NCBI GenBank assembly: GCA_963797095.1
Contig: CAWCNY010000003.1
Span: forward strand, 288,001-352,000
DNA: 64,000 bases
Reading direction: 5' to 3'
Source: an uncultured Chloroflexia bacterium
Lineage (GTDB): Bacteria; Chloroflexota; Chloroflexia; QHBQ01; JADMIH01
In this document: piece by piece, positions 57,370 to 64,000 of the stretch
How positions within the stretch are numbered: the first letter of the stretch is position 1
Layout of the letters: each line of letters opens with the position of its first letter
The notes under the pieces: generated by a model
Told to the model about the DNA's origin: nothing
Databases searched by the model: none
What the model saw: only the letters and a program-made list of their open reading frames with translations
Program-made: the position numbers and the translations under genes

Positions 57370-58572
57370 TTATTCAACGCGCTTCAACCACGATTCGGGA
57401 TCGCGCAGTTCCTCAAGTGTGGGGATGAAGCCGGGACCCTCCCAGATACGATTGGCTACCGAGATGCCCCGCAAGGCTACTACCCGGTTGATGAAGCTTT
57501 CACCGAGGCGGTACTGCTCCATCTTCAGCGCGAGGCCCGTAAGTCGAACAAAAAGCTTCTCGATAGGGCTGCGGTTTACAGCGCGCTGTTCGATGCGCTC
57601 CTTGATGGTGGCATAGCTGGGAAGAAGGCGCTCGCCCACGGCGTTCATTATATAGTTGGAGTAGCCTTCAATGATAGACATGAGTGCCTGGAGTTTGACG
57701 AACAGGGCGCGCTGCTCCTTGCTCATAACCACCTCGATCCAGTTCTCGCCGGTGGTCATGTTGGCACGAACGCGGTCCATAATACCGCGCATACCGCCCA
57801 TCCCGTTGCCGAATTGCAGGAGGTCGTCGCTCAGAAGCGCAAAATACTCTTCGAGGAGGGTGTTGAAATACTGGCGAACCCACGGGTAGGCCTCGAACTC
57901 GTAGGCGTGGGTGGTCTCGTGGAGGGCAATCCAGAGCCGGAAGTCGTCGGAGTCGAGGCCAAGCTCGGCCTGAACGCCCGCGATATTGGGCTCCACGAAA
58001 TAGAGGCGGCCCGCGCTGACGGGCTCCTTACCCAACAGCGAAAGGTCGTACTGGCCGAGCACGCGACGGGCCAGGTAGCCGAGGAGGACGCCCATCTGGG
58101 TGGACAGAAGGCCCTGGGAAAGCTCGCCCATAAGCATAGTGCCGAGGGAGGTGGAGGTCTGCACGCGACGATAAAGGTCCTCGATGGGGTCGAATAGCTG
58201 CTGGAAATTGGCGATATTGGCATCGATCCACTCGGTGCGCGTGAAAGCCTCGATCTTATCGACGGGGGCGGGGAGGGAACGGCCCATCTCCGACGTGATC
58301 AGGGGGTAGCAGCGGGCTACCATGCCTCGATAATACTCCTCCCACTGTTCGTGCCACCCTTCGGCGGGGAGCGGCTCGGCGATGATATTGTGAGCCATGC
58401 GGCGCACGCGCTCCCACTCGATAAGGCCGGGGATACCATGGCGGGCGTAGTGGCGCTGGCGCGTGTTGGCCCACACGAGGCCGAGAGCAGCGCCCGCCAT
58501 GAGGCCGATAGCGATCAGGCGGGGGTTGTAGGCGGAGGTATGGCGGCGCGATTGTGTTGTTTGTTCAGACAT
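57370..58572 (-). CDS. Zincin-like metallopeptidase (DUF2342 type)
   Basis: R.EWIDAN, LA.RVLGQYD, WIALHETTH (HExxH), MS.IEG, KMEQY..GE.F. Confidence 0.88.
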   Translation of the reverse strand: MSEQTTQSRRHTSAYNPRLIAIGLMAGAALGLVWANTRQRHYARHGIPGLIEWERVRRMAHNIIAEPLPAEGWHEQWEEYYRGMVARCYPLITSEMGRSLPAPVDKIEAFTRTEWIDANIANFQQLFDPIEDLYRRVQTSTSLGTMLMGELSQGLLSTQMGVLLGYLARRVLGQYDLSLLGKEPVSAGRLYFVEPNIAGVQAELGLDSDDFRLWIALHETTHAYEFEAYPWVRQYFNTLLEEYFALLSDDLLQFGNGMGGMRGIMDRVRANMTTGENWIEVVMSKEQRALFVKLQALMSIIEGYSNYIMNAVGERLLPSYATIKERIEQRAVNRSPIEKLFVRLTGLALKMEQYRLGESFINRVVALRGISVANRIWEGPGFIPTLEELRDPESWLKRVE

Positions 58573-58618
58573 CGGTGCTCCAATCTGGGAGGCGGTGCAA
58601 GGCCCTGCCCCTTAGCTT

Positions 58619-58671
58619 ACTATAAACTTACGCGCTGGGAGCGTCAAGCGTTGCGGCAGGTCTGGTATACT
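58619..58671. promoter_or_regulatory. Divergent sigma70-type promoters
   Basis: Minus strand TTGACG-N17-TATAGT; plus strand TGGTATACT extended -10. Confidence 0.55.
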
Positions 58672-58766
58672 GAGGGCCATAGAGAATTGGCAGCACCCTT
58701 CGGTTTCTGTGTTCGATAAAACGTACAAATAAGAAGACTTGACTATGGCAAAGGAGCAGTTTGAAA

Positions 58767-59390
58767 ATGAGCGAGCAAGCGATCACATCAGAGAGGTTCT
58801 ATTCGGGATTGACGTTGAGTGAGTTCATGGAGGGGATGAAGGAGAACCAGGATAGGTTCAAGGAGAACCTGGGGAATGTCGAGCTGGAAGCGAGAGACGA
58901 GGCGCGGATTGCCGAGGTAAACAGGCCGTTACGAGTGGTGGTAATCGCCGAAGATTGGTGCGGCGACGTGCTCCGGTACCTGCCTGTGCTGGTCAGGATG
59001 GCGAGCAAGGCGGACCAGTGGGAGATACGCGTCTTCTACCGCGACGCCAATCCCGACCTTATGGAACGCTGGTTGAAAAACGGCACGCTCCGCTCTATCC
59101 CGGTGATAGCCTTCTTTGACCAGGATTGGAACGAGATCGGCTATTACCAGGAAAGGCCGAAGGCGGTATACGAGGAGGAAGCCGGGGCAAAAACAAGATT
59201 CGAGCAGTTGTACGCCGACCGATTGGATGTCGCTTTGGCTTATGCCGACATGAGCCAGGAAACCAAGGACCTCTACGCGCCTTTCTTCCGCGAGTTCCGC
59301 TTGCAGAGAATGAAAACATGGCAGGAGATGTTTGTGGACGAGGTGCTTGGGCTATTGGAGGGCAAGCTCGTAGGCGCGGGGGCCGTATAA
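58767..59390 (+). CDS. Thioredoxin-fold protein (single-Cys WCGD motif)
   Basis: VIAEDWCGDV, RD.N.DLM, RSIP, ERP. Confidence 0.82.
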   Translation: MSEQAITSERFYSGLTLSEFMEGMKENQDRFKENLGNVELEARDEARIAEVNRPLRVVVIAEDWCGDVLRYLPVLVRMASKADQWEIRVFYRDANPDLMERWLKNGTLRSIPVIAFFDQDWNEIGYYQERPKAVYEEEAGAKTRFEQLYADRLDVALAYADMSQETKDLYAPFFREFRLQRMKTWQEMFVDEVLGLLEGKLVGAGAV

Positions 59391-59432
59391 GCAGGCAAGG
59401 CTAGGAACTCTTACTTAAACTCTACTTTAGAA

Positions 59433-60071
59433 ATGAACACACCCTATAACCGCATCGCGGGCCAGAGCCTTGAGCGCCTTGCAGCCCTGAGCGACGGCAT
59501 ATTCGCTATTGCGATGACCTTGCTTGTGCTGGAGCTTCATGTCCCCGATATAGCGCCGCGCCAGGGGCTGGACGGCGATTGGGACCTGCTTGTGGGTCTG
59601 TGGAGCATCGCGCCGCACATACTCACCTACTTCATGAGCTTCCTGACCCTCGGCATTTTCTGGGTGGGTCAGCAGACCCAGCTTAACCACTTCACCCGCA
59701 GCGACCGCGACCTCACCTGGATACATATCGGCTTCCTCTGCGCGGTGTCGCTCATGCCCTTTTCAACCGGGTTCCTGGCCGAAGGGATCGAACACCACGT
59801 GCCCCTCATCGTCTACTGGCTCAATATCGTCCTGCTGGGCGCAATGCTGCTCTGGAGCGTGCGCTATGCCTGGCGGGCAGGGCTTATGAAGGAGGACGTC
59901 ACCGAGGTGGTACGCTCCGCCAACGAGCGGCGCATCTTCATCGCGCAATCGCTCTACGCGTTCGGCGCGCTCCTGTGCATCATCAGCACGTACCTGAGCA
60001 TCGCGGCGATTGTGCTCGTGCAGCTAAACTACGCGTTTGCGCCCAGGATACGCAGCCTCTACAAACTTTGA
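59433..60071 (+). CDS. TMEM175/DUF1211 family potassium-channel-like protein
   Basis: RL.ALSDGIFAIAMTLLVLE, YFMSF...G.FW, PFST. Confidence 0.9.
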   Translation: MNTPYNRIAGQSLERLAALSDGIFAIAMTLLVLELHVPDIAPRQGLDGDWDLLVGLWSIAPHILTYFMSFLTLGIFWVGQQTQLNHFTRSDRDLTWIHIGFLCAVSLMPFSTGFLAEGIEHHVPLIVYWLNIVLLGAMLLWSVRYAWRAGLMKEDVTEVVRSANERRIFIAQSLYAFGALLCIISTYLSIAAIVLVQLNYAFAPRIRSLYKL

Positions 60072-60814
60072 CCCTCTATCCCAACACACCCGCCCCACTT
60101 ACTGATAAAAGGTTGCTCATAGTCTCTCCTTTGTCGCATAATTGAAGTAACGTGGAAGCTAACCAATGCTACACGCCACTATTGCCTTCGGGTAGTAGTC
60201 CGCACTTTGATAATGCAAGATGTTAGCGGGTTGTTGCACGAAACCCTTGTGCAGCGTAAAAGCATCTTAGGTGTCTCCTATAGTGCAACCTTAATGGCAT
60301 ATGGATGAGTATGCATCGGTGCAAAACCGTAGAAGCTGCTGGCGTTTACGCCATGCGGAGTCATCACTATTATTGACCATCTCAAAGGGTCCTTTCTTCG
60401 CCCGCCAAATAGCGGCTTATGAAATTGTCTTTCAGTGGGTGCTATGTACAACTACACTACTCAAGTACACTACTCAAGCCGCCCCGGTTCAGTCCCCCGC
60501 CAAACCACCCCACAAAGAACAGGCCCCGAATTCTAAATCTGGTGCGAGAGGGGTTTCATGGCGAATGGAACTACACCATTCTCCCTCAATCCTCATCCCT
60601 TTCTGACCAGCTTATTTAGGCGGACCCCCTAAGATGCGAAGATCTCTTAATAACCCAAGCCCCTCAATAAGAAAAGTAGTTCTCCTAATCCACACCTGCG
60701 ACAGTTGCGTTGTACAATACACGTGCCACAATACCTTAAGCACATAAGGGTAGTAGATGTTTCTCAGAATGTGGTGTGGGCGGAGAAGGCAAAGATGCCG
60801 AGGGAGGATGTGTT

Positions 60815-61233
60815 CAGTCACCCCGCTCTCTCCTCCGGCTCCGGCCACCTCGTCAGCGACTACCTCTTCGCCAAAACCCGCCTCTTCGCCGGCCTCAACC
60901 TCCACGATGCCGAGCTAGACCTCTTCGACCAGATCTACGAAGCCCTCGCCTCCCAAACCCCACCCCACCTTCGTAGTCTACCTCTCCGCCTCCCTCGACA
61001 CCCCCATGGCCCCCATCTACCAGCGCGACCGCTCCTTCGAACGCACCATCCAGCGCGCCTACATAGCCGGCCTTGCCCGCCTCTACCACTCCTTCTTCCA
61101 AGCCTACACCGCCGCCCCCGTCCTCACCATCCCCACCGACAACCTCGACTTCGTCCGCCACCCCTCCCACCACCAAACAGTCGTAGCCCAGATCCTATCT
61201 GCCACAGGCGTCCCCACCCTCGCCCAGCCCTGA
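60815..61233 (+). pseudogene. 5'-truncated, frameshifted deoxynucleoside kinase (dNK/dgk family) remnant
   Basis: VSDYLFAK..LFA..NL...ELDLF..IY..L in one frame; VVYL.AS....I..R.RSFE..I...Y...L...Y..FF..Y..TDNLDFV in another; no P-loop N-terminus. Confidence 0.78.
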
Positions 61234-61243
61234 CCTCCAAGCT

Positions 61244-61450
61244 ATGCAGCCACCCATAGAAACAATATGCTCAGTCATACTGCTCGTGGGCATGGTAATC
61301 ACCTTTGCAGTTTGTCTCCTATGCTGTTATTTCTTTATCGTCGGTGGCGCGCTCGTCAGTCTTGGCGGAGGGGTATTCGTAGCTCTCACCCTGCTGATCG
61401 GCTACCAAATTCGCGTGCTCTGGCGAGGATTACACAATAAAAGCCAGTAG
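61244..61450 (+). CDS. Small hydrophobic hypothetical protein
   Basis: 68 aa with two TM-like stretches; weak RBS and atypical composition. Confidence 0.4.
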   Translation: MQPPIETICSVILLVGMVITFAVCLLCCYFFIVGGALVSLGGGVFVALTLLIGYQIRVLWRGLHNKSQ

Positions 61451-61542
61451 CACTCTCAGCCACTTATAGGGTAATCTGGCCTGCCTCATATACCTCTCTA
61501 AGTTCCTCAACTAAAGCATCATTAAACAAAACACCAACCTCA

Positions 61543-61565
61543 CCGACTACCGACTACCGACTACC
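61543..61565. repeat. Short ACCGACT heptamer array
   Basis: Read directly. Confidence 0.8.
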
Positions 61566-61661
61566 ACCCCCAAACCTCGCACCTTCCCCCCATAAGTTGT
61601 ATAGTGAATGATTGACCGTCAAACTACAGTGCGGCAACCGCACCACAAAAAAGGGGGCAAC

Positions 61662-61937
61662 ATGGAAGACCGGCACCAATCAGAAGTCAAACTCGAAATG
61701 GACATGGCCGACTTCAGCGGTAAAGTGGTAAGCCGCATGGATATACACAACATGGTAGGCCGCACGAGCGGCAAAAAAGTAGGCGTCGCCATAATAATGA
61801 AATTCACCGACGGCTCCACCGGCAGCATCCTACTCAAAGCAGGCGACGATACCCACATAGCCGTCTCCCCCTACGCAAGACCCCGCATGGACGACTACTC
61901 CATACTCCCCGAAGAGGTCGCAACCCCCAGATCCTGA
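61662..61937 (+). CDS. Small hypothetical protein
   Basis: ATG follows AAGGGGG; codon usage matches the local C-rich style. Confidence 0.6.
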   Translation: MEDRHQSEVKLEMDMADFSGKVVSRMDIHNMVGRTSGKKVGVAIIMKFTDGSTGSILLKAGDDTHIAVSPYARPRMDDYSILPEEVATPRS

Positions 61938-62046
61938 GCCAGCCAACACCCACCACCAAAATTGCAAACCTACCATCCCCGCCCTTCCATAAGCGTAGGT
62001 GTCTAAAAGCCGCGCTTCCTCAGCCCCTCTCCCGCACCACCACACC

Positions 62047-62988
62047 ATGCCCCTACTCCACCTCGACACCGATCTCGGCGGCGACATCGACGACCTCTGC
62101 GCCCTCGCCCTCCTCCTCAACTGGCCCGGCGTCCAACTCACCGCCATCACCACCGTAGGCGACCACCACGGCAAGCGTGCAGGCTACGTCCGCTACGCCC
62201 TATCCCTCGCCTCCCAACCCCACATCCCCGTAGCCGCCGGGGCCGATGTCTCCCAGGGCTACTACCGCTACCCACTCACCCTCCCGTCCGAACACCGCTA
62301 CTGGCCCCAGCCCATCGCCCCCTCCCCCAACCCACCCCAACAAGCCCTCGATCTCCTCAAATCCAGCATCGACCAGGGAGCCACCATAGTAGCCATCGGC
62401 CCCTACACCAACCTCTACCTCCTCGACCTCCAACACCCCGGCATCCTCGCCCGCGCCAACCTCTACCTCATGGGCGGCTATATCTACCCACCCCGCCCCG
62501 GCTACCCCCAGTGGGATAACACCACCGACTTCAACATCCAGGCCGATGTCAAATCCGCTCTCCACGTCCTCCAAAACTCCCACCCCACCCTCGTCCCCCT
62601 CTCCATAACAGCCGAAACCTACCTGCGGCGGGCCCACCTCCCCGCCCTCCAATCCGCATCCCCCCTCGCCCGCCTCATCGCCTACCAGGCCGAAGCCTTC
62701 GCCCAGGATGAACAGACCGAATCCACCTACGGCCAAACCTGCCCCGCCCTTCCCTCCGACATCATCAACTTCCAGCACGACCCCCTGGCCTGCGCCATAG
62801 CCCTCGGCTGGAAACAAGGCGTCCACACAGAGCAAATACCCCTCTCTCTAGAAATTAACGATACGTGGCTAAGCCAGCGCCCCCACCCCAAAGGCAAACC
62901 CCTCAAAGTTGTAACCAAAGCAGACGGCGACCGCTTCAGCCAATTCTGGCTAAACCAACTAACCAATCCCCAACCCACCAACCCCTAA
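62047..62988 (+). CDS. Inosine/uridine-preferring nucleoside hydrolase family protein
   Basis: LDTDLGGDIDD, IGPYTNL, MGG, DFNI..D, HDPLA. Confidence 0.88.
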   Translation: MPLLHLDTDLGGDIDDLCALALLLNWPGVQLTAITTVGDHHGKRAGYVRYALSLASQPHIPVAAGADVSQGYYRYPLTLPSEHRYWPQPIAPSPNPPQQALDLLKSSIDQGATIVAIGPYTNLYLLDLQHPGILARANLYLMGGYIYPPRPGYPQWDNTTDFNIQADVKSALHVLQNSHPTLVPLSITAETYLRRAHLPALQSASPLARLIAYQAEAFAQDEQTESTYGQTCPALPSDIINFQHDPLACAIALGWKQGVHTEQIPLSLEINDTWLSQRPHPKGKPLKVVTKADGDRFSQFWLNQLTNPQPTNP

Positions 62989-63013
62989 CACCCCCACCTC
63001 CCGTCCACACTCA

Positions 63014-63053
63014 TAACTTCAATCCTCGAACCTCGAACTCCGCACTCCGCACT
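63014..63053. repeat. Degenerate heptamer array (CGAACCT/CGCACTC)
   Basis: Read directly. Confidence 0.65.
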
Positions 63054-63075
63054 AAAAAACCATACCAATGGCTAC

Positions 63076-63330
63076 TTGTAATCGCAGAACAAGTGTGCTA
63101 AGATCGTACACAGAAGTACTTTCCCCCTCCCTACCGCGCAGCAAGGAGGACATAGAGACAAGACTGGTGTCCCTGTGTTTCTTTGCGTTTAGCCTTTAGC
63201 ACCTTACCAAAGGAACAAAACAAAAGGAGAGAGCAACCAAAGTCGCGGCTGCACTAAACCACCATCTCAAAAAGCGCTCCGGTCTCCCACCACCGGACCC
63301 TAAGGGGACCAACACGGAGCAGTAATCCAG
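63076..63330 (+). ncRNA. Candidate small RNA or orphan leader
   Basis: Promoter TTGTAA-N17-TAAGAT (63076-63104); long imperfect hairpin at 63141-63187; no ATG-initiated ORF. Confidence 0.35.
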
Positions 63331-63388
63331 TGTGCATTCGTGTCACACCCTCTCAAGGCAAGAGGAACACTGCATCACGAGTACCAGT

Positions 63389-63418
63389 CGCAGTACGCAG
63401 TACGCAGTACGCAGTACG
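63389..63418. repeat. CGCAGTA heptamer array (four units)
   Basis: Same unit as 12474-12630. Confidence 0.85.
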
Positions 63419-63463
63419 AATCCTCCCTCGCATCTTCGTCTACAAGAAAACCCAACATACACA

Positions 63464-63492
63464 TTGCTATTCTCCGCCCATTCTGGTACAAT
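63464..63492 (+). promoter_or_regulatory. Sigma70-type promoter of the zinc-ribbon gene (~145-nt 5' UTR)
   Basis: TTGCTA-N17-TACAAT with a TG extension. Confidence 0.6.
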
Positions 63493-63644
63493 TACAAAGG
63501 TTCATATTTGGCAAGGCATATTTCAAGTAAGGTATTCCCGCACTTCCCCTCCCCGGTTAAGCGCGAAAACCCACTGAACAGTCCACTAGCCAGACTGCAC
63601 CAGACGATTTTAGGTTTTCAAACATAACTGGAGAAACAACACCA

Positions 63645-64000
63645 ATGGCAGATAAAACACTCACGTGCCGCGATTGCGGTAACTCATTCACCTTCACCGA
63701 AGGCGAACAGGACTTCTACGCTCAGAAAGGCTACACCGAGCCTGGCCGTTGCCCCGATTGCCGCGCAGCCAAGAAAGCCAACCGCGACAGCGGCGGCTAT
63801 GGCAGCAGCAGCTACAGCGGTAGCTACAGCAACTACGGTGGCGGTGGCGGCGGCTACAGCCGCGAACGCACCATGACCCAGGTCGTCTGCGCCAACTGCG
63901 GCAAAGACACCGAAGTCCCCTTCGTCCCACGCGGCGACAAGCCCGTCTACTGCTCCGACTGCTACAACACAGTCGGTGGCGGCGGCAGCCGAAACCGCTA
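63645..64000 (+). CDS. Zinc-ribbon (zf-trcl) + CxxC-x17-CxxC protein with Gly/Ser/Tyr-rich linker; runs off the window end
   Basis: MADKTLTCRDCG..F.FTEGEQDFY..KG...P.RCPDCR...CANCGKDTEVPFVP...KPVYCSDCY; GGAG RBS; absent from the ORF track because no complete stop lies in the window. Confidence 0.9.
   Translation, partial: MADKTLTCRDCGNSFTFTEGEQDFYAQKGYTEPGRCPDCRAAKKANRDSGGYGSSSYSGSYSNYGGGGGGYSRERTMTQVVCANCGKDTEVPFVPRGDKPVYCSDCYNTVGGGGSRNR

Noticed and set aside
60301-60905. Short ORFs and a possible c-di-GMP riboswitch in the AT-rich scar
   Set aside because: No RBS or motif support for the ORFs; GCAAAACC lacks the preceding GAAA-tetraloop stem of the consensus

Overview
High-GC bacterial chromosomal window, most likely a Chloroflexota (Chloroflexia-like) genome. 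The lineage call rests on FPETGH..GGL..GYPIT cell-surface repeats, an F420 cluster and abundant heptamer repeats. Contents in order: a sulfur-relay operon (MoaD/ThiS-MoeB-rhodanese fusion, DUF4395, sulfurtransferase); asd-hom-ask; ppc; a deoC/sugar-catabolic unit with a pseudogenised oxidoreductase; a MalT/SARP(BTAD)-regulated ACP-less KAS III-FabG-CoA ligase-three-hydrolase-ABC cluster; marR-yceI; an F420 biosynthesis/utilisation operon (cofC, cofD, cofE, three LLMs, PPOX, PPOX-nitroreductase fusion); an amidase; lon-PHP/Schlafen-moxR-DUF58-DUF4129; moeA; a Tat-type GGT; several small genes; a deoxynucleoside kinase remnant; a nucleoside hydrolase; and a zinc-ribbon gene cut by the window end. 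No rRNA, tRNA, CRISPR array or transposase was recognised. The most notable non-gene signals are: (i) a three-copy promoter-like motif GTACAC-N8-(G/C)TGTCC-N17-GYCATWWAGT; (ii) a SARP-type 11-bp-periodic operator; (iii) nested heptamer-repeat hairpin elements that also invade lon and cofD in frame; (iv) orientation-independent C/G strand-skew domains. All calls are made by eye from motifs; no database searches were run.
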